IMG/VR virus record: IMGVR_UViG_3300033997_000276
Span: 1 to 54,659 of that record
DNA: 54,659 bases
Source of the DNA: a virus
Taxonomy: Duplodnaviria; Caudoviricetes
Direction: 5' to 3' (one strand)
The notes under the pieces were generated by a model, which searched no databases, was not told the origin of the DNA, and saw nothing but the letters and a program-made list of their open reading frames with translations. A program made the position numbers and the translations under genes. Of this stretch, positions 27,570 through 37,640 are shown piece by piece (positions within the stretch are counted from its first letter, which is position 1; every line of letters begins with the position of its first letter).

Positions 27570-27690
27570 ATTTGCCAGAAAAAAAGGTCTCATTTCGCGG
27601 TTTTGCACGCGACTGTCCCCGAATGGTCAGTTAGGCAAAAGCCCTGAAGTTTTGACCCTCCCCACCACTTGCCACAAGTGATTGATATTA
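27570..27690 (-). other. Putative cos / packaging site with an IHF site
   Basis: GGGGAGGGTCAAAACTTCAG..TGACC..CCGCGAAATG resembles HK97-type cos regions; perfect IHF consensus TATCAATCACTTG at 27675..27687. Confidence 0.55.
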
Positions 27691-27707
27691 AAGGCATTTA
27701 TCACCAT

Positions 27708-28220
27708 TCACTTGAGAGCATCGAGGCAGTCGCGGTGCCGCTGCTGCGCCCTGAGCCACACGCCATAGCAGCGCTTGTTGCCAGGCGTTGAGCAGTCATA
27801 GCCATCCACGGTGCGATACTTCGGCAGCAGCAATGCATCACATGATTGTTTGTACTCAGCTTTGAGCAAGTGATCTCGCATCGGCGAGGCTAACCAACGG
27901 CCAATGCCGTATTGATACGTCCAGTCGATGTACAAATCGTAAGATGCTTGGTTAAGCTCAACATTAGGTAAGCTAGCTCGAAAGCGTTGCTCATCTTTAT
28001 CGATATGAGCCTTTGCGGTTTTAAGTGCGTTAATTGGGGTAGTGGTTTCGCCTAGCTTTACTGGCCGTCCATCTGCGTGATAAGTGGACCCAAAACCTAA
28101 TGTAGGGCGATCACCTTTAACGGGGATCTCGGCAACTGGCGAGAATCCCTCAGATGAAACCAATGTGATCAGTGCGGCAGCTGATAAGCTCAGGCCTGTG
28201 ACTAATACCTTATTGCGCAT
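27708..28220 (-). CDS. SAR endolysin (GH24 lysozyme)
   Basis: MRNKVLVTGLSLSAAALITLVSSEG.. weakly hydrophobic anchor, then E..D..T triad (EGF..GDRPTLGFGST). Confidence 0.85.
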   Translation of the reverse strand: MRNKVLVTGLSLSAAALITLVSSEGFSPVAEIPVKGDRPTLGFGSTYHADGRPVKLGETTTPINALKTAKAHIDKDEQRFRASLPNVELNQASYDLYIDWTYQYGIGRWLASPMRDHLLKAEYKQSCDALLLPKYRTVDGYDCSTPGNKRCYGVWLRAQQRHRDCLDALK

Positions 28221-28287
28221 GACAAACCCCAAAACAAAAAGCCCCGGCGATGGCCGAGGCTTGAACAAACTGAAAGGTATAGATAGC

Positions 28288-28344
28288 AAAAGCCACCTAT
28301 CTGGTGGCTTTAGATGCTATAACCCGCATTGTTATAGCAGGATA
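28288..28344 (-). promoter_or_regulatory. Candidate late promoter and terminator (pR'/tR'-like)
   Basis: TG-C-TATAAC, a downstream -10-like TATAGC, then AAAGCCACC-AGATA-GGTGGCTTTT before the lysis genes. Confidence 0.55.
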
Positions 28345-28351
28345 GTAAAAC

Positions 28352-28669
28352 TTAATGCTTGGGTAAATCATTTTGTTCTACTATTTTTTGTTTCACGCTA
28401 TCCCCATTTTTGACATCACTCTCAAATACTGCCCATGAGTTTCTCATGCTTGATAGGAGATTCTCTCGATTACTTACTTCCCCAGATGCCTCTTTTGCAT
28501 AAATAACAGCTTCTGTTAATTTACCTGCGGTATACCCATTTAAATCGCCAATAATATTTGCAACCATAGAATCTAGCTTTTGCGCATAAGGCTTTGCGTT
28601 CTTCTTGGTGCTTGCGTTGGCCACATCATCAATAAGTTCCCTGAGCTTTCTTAGTTGTTCATTATCCAT
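28352..28669 (-). CDS. Hypothetical protein, AT-rich moron
   Basis: AAGG SD; AT-rich upstream region. Confidence 0.55.
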   Translation of the reverse strand: MDNEQLRKLRELIDDVANASTKKNAKPYAQKLDSMVANIIGDLNGYTAGKLTEAVIYAKEASGEVSNRENLLSSMRNSWAVFESDVKNGDSVKQKIVEQNDLPKH

Positions 28670-28714
28670 AATTTAACCTTATTTAATTACTTATCACTTA
28701 ACTGATTTAATTGC

Positions 28715-29041
28715 TCACGATACTAAACTCATACCGCGTTCAATGTCTATTCCAGTTGGAACAAAGACGATCTTAAGCCCTATCTTCTTGGCGTAGTAAT
28801 ACTCGGCGGTGGCGCCGGCAGACCTGCGCCAACCGGGCAACATCACTATCTCATTGCAGGCACGGATCATGGCGTAACAGATATCCATATACTGTGGTTC
28901 GGTTAGGCCGAACGGCAGGCAAGCAGAGTGAAGCACTACTCTGCCAGTTCCCTCCAGCTGCTCGGCCGCTTTAAAGAACGCCAGCTTATTGGCTTCGACA
29001 TTGCCGCTTATTGGGCCAGCGATGTAGGTGGTTATCATCAA
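28715..29041 (-). CDS. DUF4406-like protein
   Basis: YIAGPISG..YMDICYAMIRAC..MLPGWRRSAGATAE. Confidence 0.8.
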   Translation of the reverse strand: MMITTYIAGPISGNVEANKLAFFKAAEQLEGTGRVVLHSACLPFGLTEPQYMDICYAMIRACNEIVMLPGWRRSAGATAEYYYAKKIGLKIVFVPTGIDIERGMSLVS

Positions 29042-29931
29042 TCATCACCAGGTGGGGATTGATTAGCTGTGGCGCTATCTAACGTATGTTCACGCCAAGC
29101 ATATTTACAGCACCGGCATGTTTTTAATAGATGCTCTTTTTTACAGATTATTTGATAGTCAAATGTCCTTGCCACATAGCGAATAAACTCACTCATCTTT
29201 CCTTGTTCTTTGCATGTACCTAAATTGGTACCATCTTCTACAAACTGAAATTCTATCGAACTGGATCCGCACTTCACGCATTTACACATGAGTCACTACC
29301 TCTTGAATGTGGAAAACACCGTCAAGAAAAAAACCCTTTACTGTACCTGTGACATCATTACCTTCGCACTCATCGTAAACAAACTCCTTTGCCGCAGCAG
29401 GGATAAAATTAGAAGGGTATTGACTGACTGCTTTTTTTATAATGTCTCCATCTAGCCATTGCATAGATACCTCACTTGATCACGGTTAACTTTTTGCCTG
29501 ACTCGATTGCTTTTTTGGAACAAAGCAGGTTCCATCTTTAATCTTATAAGTGACGTGCATTGTGCTAATTACAGTCATTAGTTTTGGAAGGCATCCACCA
29601 ATAACATTGGCTCCTTGGTTTAACTTAAAGTTATGGCAGGATCCGCACTGACGAGACTCAACAGCAAAAATCACTTCGCCACAATCGACGCATTTATGAT
29701 CTTTTGTAATTAGGTGGGTACAATTGTTCATTACTCTTTCCCCGCCTGCTCAATTGCATCGCGCACTGCCTCAGGCCATTCGCCAACTAACAGCTCGGTG
29801 CCGTCATCAAAGTGAATCTTGGTACCATTGAAGCCATTACTGCTATGCATACTAAAATGCTTGATTCTATCCAGAACAACAAAGCTGTTTTCACCGTGAT
29901 AGAAAGGTTTAAAATATGCTACTTTACTCAT
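29038..29931 (-). CDS. Four small hypothetical proteins (29038..29289, 29282..29464, 29486..29731, 29731..29931); two have CxxC pairs
   Basis: Tightly packed, overlapping stop/start codons, SD sites. Confidence 0.5.
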
Positions 29932-29991
29932 TAAATATCTTCCTCTTTTGAAGATGCATAAATCGCCTTGTAAGCCATAACCCACAAGGAT

Positions 29992-31227
29992 TTAAGCTGT
30001 TTTGCTAATATTTTCTATCTTGAAACTGTCTTGATTTAATCGTGCTGAAAATGGATGGTGTATCGATAGCAAATGCTTATGCCATCGCTCAATAGCCTCG
30101 CGCTTTTGATCAGCCAAATAGGTGTGAATATAGGCTTGGTCTAGCTTGGTCATAGAGTGGTTTAGCATCTGCTCGGCCACCATGTAATCGATACCCAAAT
30201 CAGCCCAACATGATCGAGCTAACTTGCGTAAATCGTGGGCCGTCCATTCACCACCACTTACCTGTTTAACCAAGCTATTAGCGCCACGTTCATCTAATCC
30301 AGTGTTACGGCATGGGTGCGGAAATAGGTACCCGCCGCGATAACCTGCAGCGGCTTGCATTAACTTATGCCAGCGCAATACATCGGCCATCAGTCCAGAG
30401 ATAGGGATAGTCAGTTGAGCATGGGTTTTGGTGATATTGGCTGGGATCACTAACTTAGCATTGGGTTCGTCGTAATAGCTCCACTTAAGCAAGCGGGTTT
30501 CCCCAATGCGGGTACCGTAGGCCAACATAATAAACACCAGCAACGCAGCACTATCACTGGCGGTATCAAGATCACTGAGCAGCTTAGGCAAATCCGTTGC
30601 CTGTAATTGAGGTGGTTTGGTAGCTATGGGTGTAGCGATAAAATCCGTAAAACTTAACAATGCCAACGGATCATCACTAATCAACTTAAGCACATTCGCT
30701 TGCTTAAATGCTTTGCGTAGCACTGCGTAATACTGGCGAACACTGCCGATTGAATAACGCGCCTGCAGCGGCCAAATTAACAGCTCATCGACTTTATGAT
30801 GATTGAGCTCACTCAGCATCACCTCACCTAGCACCGGCAATAAATGCTTAACAATGGTGCATTTGATATTGCGACGCCTTTTAATCGATAAGCTGGTGTC
30901 GGATTGTGACCGGGTTAAATACCAATTCAGCAAGCCACCACAACTTAACCAGGTATTCACCTTCGCGCTTTGATCTTGCCGATGCTGAATGCTAAACGTA
31001 GGTAAATCATCGATAATCGCCTTAGCACTCACCAGCGGCCAGTTAGCCACCTTTGACCAATTTGCCTTGCCTTCTTTATTGGTGACTAAATACCAACTGC
31101 CACGACTGCGCGAACTGCCAAGGCGCAACCGTAGCGGATAGCGTGGGTCCCTAATTTCGGTAATCGAGTGATCGGCCACAGCCCGTTTAATGGCGGCATC
31201 ACTTAAGGCAATACAGGCTATGGCCAT
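29992..31227 (-). CDS. Second tyrosine recombinase
   Basis: LSDAAIKR..EIRDPRYPLRLR arm-like N-terminus; GTRIGE, KT, HDLRK, LNH and Y catalytic set intact. Confidence 0.9.
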   Translation of the reverse strand: MAIACIALSDAAIKRAVADHSITEIRDPRYPLRLRLGSSRSRGSWYLVTNKEGKANWSKVANWPLVSAKAIIDDLPTFSIQHRQDQSAKVNTWLSCGGLLNWYLTRSQSDTSLSIKRRRNIKCTIVKHLLPVLGEVMLSELNHHKVDELLIWPLQARYSIGSVRQYYAVLRKAFKQANVLKLISDDPLALLSFTDFIATPIATKPPQLQATDLPKLLSDLDTASDSAALLVFIMLAYGTRIGETRLLKWSYYDEPNAKLVIPANITKTHAQLTIPISGLMADVLRWHKLMQAAAGYRGGYLFPHPCRNTGLDERGANSLVKQVSGGEWTAHDLRKLARSCWADLGIDYMVAEQMLNHSMTKLDQAYIHTYLADQKREAIERWHKHLLSIHHPFSARLNQDSFKIENISKTA

Positions 31228-31829
31228 CAGTCGCACCTCAGGTTAGTGCGGCAGTCGGCGTAAAAATACTCAACCGAGAGCGCCTCTTTATCAGCTGCTG
31301 ATAACCCCACTTTAAACAGCGCTGAGGTCAATTTTTCAATCAACTCAAACTCAGCCAATATCAAAGATTGCTGCAACTTAATCAGCTCGCTATTAGCCGC
31401 TAAATCCACACCAGAACCGCCGCATTTATCGCACGGGTACAGCTCGAACATCGGCTTAACTTTGCCAACACCACGGCAGGCAGTGCACTTAGGCAACGCA
31501 TTAATCTGCTGATGAATGGCGTTTTTAGCGTTAACTAGCGTCTTGTATTCAGGCGTAGATAACACCAGCTTTTTACAGTGCAAATCAAACCGCTCATTAA
31601 TAGATGACTGCGTTGCTAACACCGACATTAAACGCTTATTTATCCGCTCTAATGGCTCAATCCGGTGATAATCCTCATTACCAATCGGCAAGTGGTCATC
31701 GAGTTCATTGCAGATCACCCTTACCGCCGCTTCAACACCACAGGCCAGATCAACTGAGCCCATAGACTCGAGTTGCTCTGCCTCCGCTTTAAGCCGTTTA
31801 ACTAAATCGCTTACCGTTTCAATCATCAA
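31227..31829 (-). CDS. Hypothetical protein with DnaJ-type zinc finger
   Basis: CTACRGVG and CDKCGGSG. Confidence 0.65.
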   Translation of the reverse strand: MMIETVSDLVKRLKAEAEQLESMGSVDLACGVEAAVRVICNELDDHLPIGNEDYHRIEPLERINKRLMSVLATQSSINERFDLHCKKLVLSTPEYKTLVNAKNAIHQQINALPKCTACRGVGKVKPMFELYPCDKCGGSGVDLAANSELIKLQQSLILAEFELIEKLTSALFKVGLSAADKEALSVEYFYADCRTNLRCD

Positions 31830-32392
31830 CCCGCTAGCCCCATTTCTTCGCCAACCATCCGCAGTACTTTTTTAGCAAAGCGAGCTGCATCATGTTCGTG
31901 CTGATGCAGTGCATCTACGCCACTCATATACTTGTCGTAAAAATGCTGGCTAAATTGCTCTGTCGTGATCTTGGCGCCACTCAAATCACAAAACGATTTA
32001 GTCAACTGCTCAACCGTATTCAACATTTTCCCGGTACCGCTACAGAGTTTGCACTCACCATTGCGGTGATAGTTGAGTTTTGTTCCCTTACACTTAGGGC
32101 AAACGCGGGTACCGCAAACTTCATTCACTGCCAGCCTTGCTAATACTGCGGATACCAATGGTCTGAAATTCTCCTCATATTTCCATGTCAGCGCCTTAAC
32201 CAGTGCATCCTCGGCATCTACATCGCCGCAAATGGTCGCCTCTAACACCTTCACCCCAACGGGGTACTTACCCTGTACCTGCGCAATAACACCCATAGCA
32301 TCCTCCCGACTAAAAACCCCTTTCCCCGCCGCCGCACCAATCGATAACCCGCGTGGAGATAGCAGCTCAAACAAGCGCTCAATTGAAATCAT
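31826..32392 (-). CDS. Probable Q-like late antiterminator
   Basis: CPKCKGT and CKLCSGTG zinc finger; SREDAMGVIAQVQ N-terminus; follows the resolvase. Confidence 0.6.
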   Translation of the reverse strand: MISIERLFELLSPRGLSIGAAAGKGVFSREDAMGVIAQVQGKYPVGVKVLEATICGDVDAEDALVKALTWKYEENFRPLVSAVLARLAVNEVCGTRVCPKCKGTKLNYHRNGECKLCSGTGKMLNTVEQLTKSFCDLSGAKITTEQFSQHFYDKYMSGVDALHQHEHDAARFAKKVLRMVGEEMGLAG

Positions 32393-32977
32393 TTATCTGC
32401 CATCTCCTTGGTGGTTAGCTGCAGCACGGGCAGCGGAATGAATAATGCTCAGTGCCATGCTTGATACACGGCTTTCGGCCGACTCAAGCGGATCTTGGCG
32501 CGATACAGTGCTCATTGGTTTACGCTCTGGATGCTTGCGCAGTAATCCACGGGCACTTAGCGCATCGCCTAAGGTTTGGTTGCCAACTTTAGCTTGGCGT
32601 GAGGCCGCAAAAATGGTGGCGCCAGCTACATACAAGGCGATCGCTTGCTCCAAGTTGGCGGCGCTCTTTTCGGCCGTATTACGCAGTAAATCGCGCTCTC
32701 TTAATACTTTGGCTAGTGCCGTCTTGCATACGCCTGTGTTAGCTGCAGCGTTAAAAACAGATAAGTTTTCATCAACATAAAGCTTGATGGCCTTTTCAAA
32801 TTTCTCGCTGAGCTTTTTAGGCTCCTTGCGCAATAACCCGCGGTCCTTTAACTCTTTTGTGAGTTTTTTACGGCACACAGGCGCAGCAGCAGAACTATCT
32901 AAAAGCGTCATCTTTTGGTTTACATACAACTCAACACCACGCGCTAAACGCTCAGCTAATGGGGCTTTTAACGGCAT
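32393..32977 (-). CDS. Protein with three tandem HTH-like repeats
   Basis: (GVE/AIK/AIA)LYV..AA..V...L..RGLLR occurs three times. Confidence 0.6.
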   Translation of the reverse strand: MPLKAPLAERLARGVELYVNQKMTLLDSSAAAPVCRKKLTKELKDRGLLRKEPKKLSEKFEKAIKLYVDENLSVFNAAANTGVCKTALAKVLRERDLLRNTAEKSAANLEQAIALYVAGATIFAASRQAKVGNQTLGDALSARGLLRKHPERKPMSTVSRQDPLESAESRVSSMALSIIHSAARAAANHQGDGR

Positions 32978-33486
32978 AAATCCCCCTTGCCAAATAAGGC
33001 GATTAACGCAGCATCGCGGGTATCGGCATTGCTGCGGCCAGTCCAGCCGGTGATTTTGTTAAAATACACACTGCTATCCTTAGCCTTTTTCACTGGGCCA
33101 CGCAGCGGTTTAACCAAAGTCACGGTAATCCCTTTGTCCTCGAGTACTTCTTTAATTAATCTTGCCGTGGCTTTCACTTTTCCCAAGTCCTCGGCCTTGC
33201 TCATATTGATCTTAAATTCACTACCGCCTTGGCTTGGGGCATGGCCAACGTAAGCCAGCAATGGATTTTGGCCTTTGGCAGTCCGCTTTAACTTGCTAGC
33301 GAATACTGGATTTTTGTTATCCACATCCTCAAGCAGCACAACGCAAGGCGAACTCGCAGCACTGCAAACAACAAACTCAATCAACTCACTAAAACCCATG
33401 CTCTTAAGCAGCTGTATCTTGCCGTCCACCACAGTGGCCACGCCGCTTTTAGTGAGATCAGGATCAATACCAATAATTAGCTTCAT
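32968..33486 (-). CDS. RuvC-like Holliday junction resolvase
   Basis: IIGIDPD..SGVA, LLED, RDAALIA. Confidence 0.7.
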   Translation of the reverse strand: MKLIIGIDPDLTKSGVATVVDGKIQLLKSMGFSELIEFVVCSAASSPCVVLLEDVDNKNPVFASKLKRTAKGQNPLLAYVGHAPSQGGSEFKINMSKAEDLGKVKATARLIKEVLEDKGITVTLVKPLRGPVKKAKDSSVYFNKITGWTGRSNADTRDAALIALFGKGDLCR

Positions 33487-34223
33487 GCTGCCTCCGCATT
33501 ACCAGCGCAATACTTAGCAAACGCATCAGCATAAAAATCAGCATCTTGTTCGATGCCAATGTAATTACGCCCAGTGTTCATGCTGGCTATTCCGCTTGAG
33601 CAACTACCAAAGCAAAAATCAAGAACGGTCTCTCCATGATTGCTATATGTGTTGATAATCCATTCGCACAGCGCTACTGGTTTACGAGTAGGGTTAATTC
33701 TTTCGCCCTTCCTTTTTTGCTTATCTGATGAGAAAAACTGAACAGAACGTGGGTAACGGCTAGTGCTGTCGTAAACAGACCCTTTTGAGCCTTCTCCATA
33801 GCACTCACTGCCTGTTTTCTTTCTTGATGCTGTTTTTCTTGGATGACCATGCGTCATTTGTGGGTTGTAAGTGCCAACTCCATTACAAAAAATAAGCACA
33901 TGCTCATGAGCTCTCATTAGTTGCTTTTTGGCATTGTAAAAACCTGTCGCATTACCTTTTTCCCAAACTATTTCTTCTTTAAACCAAGGTAAGTTTGAGC
34001 ATGTTAAAACCGAGGTGAATGGCTGTGCTGCATGCATTGCAATAACACCATTAGGCTTAATAATTCGTTTAAGCTGCTCCCACATTGGAATTAGAGGAAT
34101 AACTTCATCCCATGCGCAGCGAGTCGTTCCGTAAGGAACATCTGCATAAATCAAATCAATGCTGTTATCAGGTATGCCTTTCATCAGCTCGAGGCAATCT
34201 CCATGTAGTAATTTAAAGTCCAT
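33483..34223 (-). CDS. DNA amino-methyltransferase (N6/N4, beta class)
   Basis: LLHGDCLELM, DVPYG, NPTRKPVAL, VLDFCFGS. Confidence 0.9.
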   Translation of the reverse strand: MDFKLLHGDCLELMKGIPDNSIDLIYADVPYGTTRCAWDEVIPLIPMWEQLKRIIKPNGVIAMHAAQPFTSVLTCSNLPWFKEEIVWEKGNATGFYNAKKQLMRAHEHVLIFCNGVGTYNPQMTHGHPRKTASRKKTGSECYGEGSKGSVYDSTSRYPRSVQFFSSDKQKRKGERINPTRKPVALCEWIINTYSNHGETVLDFCFGSCSSGIASMNTGRNYIGIEQDADFYADAFAKYCAGNAEAA

Positions 34224-34227
34224 ACTG

Positions 34228-34614
34228 CTAAACCCCTCTAAACCGCTTTGACTGCCTTACCAAAAACTGATTAGCCTGTTTGCGACAAGCTGGCCCACCC
34301 AGCGCAAATAAACGCTCATACTCGATTGATACGGAATGTTTAAACTCCGCGGGGATAACCGACATATGCTTTACAATCTTCTCCATATCCGACTCACCAC
34401 CGCGGCAATGCCACATTTGCGGTAGTTCGCGTTCACGCAATAACCCTTGGGCCCGTAACTCAGCGGCTGTCACCGCTTTTGGTACAAACAACTGCGCATC
34501 GTTAACCGCCTCTTGCACGACTTGCTTTGATGCACAGTCCACAACTCCAGGCGCCACAATCGCGCTATAAAAATCTGGCGCATCTGCTGGGAGGTGTTTA
34601 ATTGCTTTAGCCAT
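34228..34614 (-). CDS. Hypothetical protein
   Basis: Coupled ORF in the replication operon. Confidence 0.55.
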   Translation of the reverse strand: MAKAIKHLPADAPDFYSAIVAPGVVDCASKQVVQEAVNDAQLFVPKAVTAAELRAQGLLRERELPQMWHCRGGESDMEKIVKHMSVIPAEFKHSVSIEYERLFALGGPACRKQANQFLVRQSKRFRGV

Positions 34615-35422
34615 GGCGAGCCACCCTTAAGCGGCTGTTGGCTTTGCGGCGCTTAAATGCCGTAATGCGCTGAATGATTGCGCTACCAGTTCTAGTGCTG
34701 CTTTGCGCCTTACGTCGCCTAAACGCTTTGCGGCGTTTTGTTGCCATCTGCAACTTGAGCATGCGAATTTCAATCGACGTTCTAGCTACACGCTTGCCGA
34801 TCTGGGCTTCAAAATCCTGATTGAATTGGCGAGGCTGACCTTTGCGCTCAAGTAACTTGGTGTCACGGCTTGGGATAAACTCCCCGCGCGCTTGCTTTGC
34901 GCTAAATGCTTTCATGTGTGAAGTGAATAGCACCAAAGCTTTGTCTTGTGGTAGTTGATTGCGGCATTGGTACGCGCACTTAAGCCTTGCTGCGTGCTCA
35001 ACGTCAGTCATTGCAGATTTGTGTTCAATCATTCTCGTGAACGCCTCAAGCACTTCAATTTCACCCAACTGTGAAACAGGGCCGCACAACATTAAAAACT
35101 CTGTAGGATTAACGCTCCATGGAGCTGTCGCAGCTTTAAGCTTATAGACATCAATCCCCATTCTTACTTGCTGCTCACTTAAGCCAGCCTTGCAAATCAC
35201 CTCAACAAACTCCGAAATTACAGACTCAAGCTCATTGCCGAATTTCTTTGAGAAATCACGACTGTATAAACTCATCGCGGGGATCAGCTCCAGCATGACC
35301 ACCTTGGCAATCGTTTTGTTCATCAAGGCTTGCGGCCATTTCCCTGAGCTGACGGAATACTCTGGCTGTTGGGTTCTCATAGCGTTGATTGTGTCCGGCA
35401 GAATCGATTGCAGTGGTTTCAT
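34607..35422 (-). CDS. Putative replication protein P-like (helicase loader position)
   Basis: Directly downstream of O; GLSEQQVRMGI..PW..NPTEF. Confidence 0.5.
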   Translation of the reverse strand: MKPLQSILPDTINAMRTQQPEYSVSSGKWPQALMNKTIAKVVMLELIPAMSLYSRDFSKKFGNELESVISEFVEVICKAGLSEQQVRMGIDVYKLKAATAPWSVNPTEFLMLCGPVSQLGEIEVLEAFTRMIEHKSAMTDVEHAARLKCAYQCRNQLPQDKALVLFTSHMKAFSAKQARGEFIPSRDTKLLERKGQPRQFNQDFEAQIGKRVARTSIEIRMLKLQMATKRRKAFRRRKAQSSTRTGSAIIQRITAFKRRKANSRLRVARHG

Positions 35423-36335
35423 GTGATGATCTCGCTAGCAGTTTGGCGTTAAGTTTGTCCCATTGTTTACGGAGGGTTTTTGGGCATAACACATTGCTCG
35501 CCCAAAATGAGTCGGAGTTGGCAAACTTAAACAGCTTGCAGATGTCGTGGTGAGTGCGCTTGTCTTGCACACGCATCAAGCGCACTTGGTTAGCCCAATC
35601 AGGCCAATTCGGTTGCTTTGCAGTGGGGTTAACAATCAGCACTTTGTTGAAGATGTACTCAGCACAGGTTAAATCGTCTTGAGTGCCCCAAAGCTTGCCA
35701 TTGGGAGTTTGAATAGCAGCATCGGGTTTAACCTGCATGTCGGCCATTGCGTTAGCAATGTGCGACGAAGAGATCTTTTGTATTTCTTTTGTATTAATGT
35801 CTTTCTTTTGTAGGGGTCTATCTAGACAGTTTTTACTGTCAGAACAGACAGCCTCGCTGTCAGAATAGACAGGTTTTACTGTCAGAATAGACAGTGAATT
35901 TTTACTGTCAGAATTGACAGTTTTTGCCTTTGCTGTTTTATCAGTCCAAGAAGAAACCGTTGGGTTAACCCCAATTTTCTTGCCGTCTTTTATCAGCACA
36001 TTGCGCTTTAATAAGCCGCCAATCACCCGCGATACGTTGTCAGTATCGATATCCGTCATTTCTTCTATTTGACTGTACGATACCCAGTCAGTGGCCTTGC
36101 CGTAGCCATAGGTTCTACGGATAACAGCAAATAAAACACGACTCTCACGATCGCTTAATTTCGTGCGGCACAGGGCGTCCACCAGCGTATTGGAGAGTCG
36201 TAAATAACCATCATCCAAATCTGCTTTCACCACCCCACCCCGCGCATGCTGTTTATTGTCAGCAACGGGCCGTAACGGCACCACATTACTGCCACCAGCG
36301 CCATGATTGACGCTATCAATTGATTCCAGTACCAT
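35256..36335 (-). CDS. Replication initiator, lambda O-like
   Basis: ADLDDGYLRLSNTL..RVLFAVIRRTYGY; C-terminal WANQVRLMR..FWASNVLCPKTLRKQWDKL; internal iterons. Confidence 0.9.
   Translation of the reverse strand: MVLESIDSVNHGAGGSNVVPLRPVADNKQHARGGVVKADLDDGYLRLSNTLVDALCRTKLSDRESRVLFAVIRRTYGYGKATDWVSYSQIEEMTDIDTDNVSRVIGGLLKRNVLIKDGKKIGVNPTVSSWTDKTAKAKTVNSDSKNSLSILTVKPVYSDSEAVCSDSKNCLDRPLQKKDINTKEIQKISSSHIANAMADMQVKPDAAIQTPNGKLWGTQDDLTCAEYIFNKVLIVNPTAKQPNWPDWANQVRLMRVQDKRTHHDICKLFKFANSDSFWASNVLCPKTLRKQWDKLNAKLLARSSHETTAIDSAGHNQRYENPTARVFRQLREMAASLDEQNDCQGGHAGADPRDEFIQS
35770..35920. other. Replication origin: four iterons plus AT-rich tract
   Basis: CTGTCAGAA(C/T)(A/T)GACAG at 35836, 35857, 35879 and 35905; adjacent T-rich strand at 35770..35812. 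Confidence 0.8.
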
Positions 36336-36391
36336 TGTTATTGCCTCACTTGGTATTAAGCCCACGGCCTGCACAGCTCTAGTGGGCTTTC

Positions 36392-36640
36392 TTATTTAAA
36401 GCGCACCGCACTACCCGAAAACTGATACCCCGCATCCAACACTCGCGCCGCAATCGCCTCAGCACTCGTTGTTGGTGAACTGCGGATCACGTTAGCCAAC
36501 AAAGCGATATCTTGATTGCGCTCAATGCGAGCGAACTCGGCATCTTCTTCAGGTGTGTAGGGAATATTTGCGCAGGAGTTATCAGTTAACTGATTTTCAT
36601 TAAATTGCGGGATAAGGACTAAGTTTCTATCTGACATCAC
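36392..36640 (-). CDS. Hypothetical protein
   Basis: Coupled to the upstream gene; ..AARVLDAGY. Confidence 0.55.
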   Translation of the reverse strand: MMSDRNLVLIPQFNENQLTDNSCANIPYTPEEDAEFARIERNQDIALLANVIRSSPTTSAEAIAARVLDAGYQFSGSAVRFK

Positions 36641-36831
36641 ACTCTCCCATTCGCCTTTAACCGCTCGTAATCGTGGCGGCAGTCGGCATCACAAAAATGT
36701 TGATTATTTGAAACAGTTGCCTTGCAGTAATGGCACTTGCCAATAAAAGGCAGTGTTGGTTGACGAACAGTTAAAGCGGCCTTGATATGCGCTTCATGCT
36801 CTAATGCCGCATCATAAATAACATCACTCAT
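36637..36831 (-). CDS. Small Zn-ribbon protein
   Basis: CHYC..FCDADCRHDYE. Confidence 0.65.
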   Translation of the reverse strand: MSDVIYDAALEHEAHIKAALTVRQPTLPFIGKCHYCKATVSNNQHFCDADCRHDYERLKANGRV

Positions 36832-37420
36832 GCTGCGCGCTCTTTGTTATTGACACAGAGTCATTAATTGAAAAAATCTGACTAGGTTGTAACTCAACGC
36901 TGAAAGGGTTTGCTTTTGGCAGATCCCGCACTTGGCTACTCACTACCGCTTTAAGCGACAGCACTTCACGCACGGTTTTGGTGAGCTCACGGCTAATGCA
37001 TTCAAACTCATCAGGGGTGATCACCCCATCAGCGCGGGAGTCGCGGATCTCGGCCAGCGCAATGCCCATTTGCTCGCTAATCAGCAGCAGCTGATCGCTT
37101 AGCTCTTCATCGCAATTCACCGACTCAGGCAGTTTGACAAACACCCCACCGCGGCTATGGCACCACGCCGATAAAATGCGGTCATCATCGGCCAGCTCAG
37201 TCAAATGAATCGCATCACGTAAATACAAGTGATTGCTGTCGTTCTCAGGGTTCAATTTGTTGTACATCACCCCGGGCTGTTGGAATAAATCCCGCGCCAG
37301 CTTATCCACGCCGTAATCGTGCCCAAGCGCATGGGCGGCATAGAGTGGATCGGAGCATGAAAGCGATTCGCGCTTTAATGTGTGTTTAGTCATATGGTTA
37401 GATATCCTTGTCATTAACAA
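36824..37420 (-). CDS. CII-family phage regulator (CP76-like)
   Basis: Follows cro; YNKLNPEND..HL..ADGVITPDEF. Confidence 0.7.
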   Translation of the reverse strand: MLMTRISNHMTKHTLKRESLSCSDPLYAAHALGHDYGVDKLARDLFQQPGVMYNKLNPENDSNHLYLRDAIHLTELADDDRILSAWCHSRGGVFVKLPESVNCDEELSDQLLLISEQMGIALAEIRDSRADGVITPDEFECISRELTKTVREVLSLKAVVSSQVRDLPKANPFSVELQPSQIFSINDSVSITKSAQHE

Positions 37421-37426
37421 GAGCAG

Positions 37427-37630
37427 TTAAGCAACCCGAGGTGAAGACGTAGACTCAATGGCTTTATCAGCATGAACCTTCAACTCACCGCCCGTTAAGC
37501 GCTCAAGCTGAAACGCACGAAGCTCAGGAACCTCTTCGCCCCACTGAGAAATTGATGAGTGAGTGATCCCTAGTTGCTTCGCCAAATTTGATTTGGTTTT
37601 GAAGTAAGCTACCGCGTCAGATGTTTTCAT
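37427..37630 (-). CDS. cro: Cro repressor
   Basis: MKTSDAVAYFKTKSNLAKQLGITHSSISQWGEEVPELRAFQLERLTGG; divergent from cI. Confidence 0.9.
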   Translation of the reverse strand: MKTSDAVAYFKTKSNLAKQLGITHSSISQWGEEVPELRAFQLERLTGGELKVHADKAIESTSSPRVA

Positions 37631-37640
37631 TTTCACCCCT

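Noticed and set aside
35836-35920. CTGT-N8-ACAG units as LexA boxes
   Set aside because: There are four clustered copies in the middle of the O gene beside an AT-rich tract, without the TA-rich spacer; this is typical of iterons
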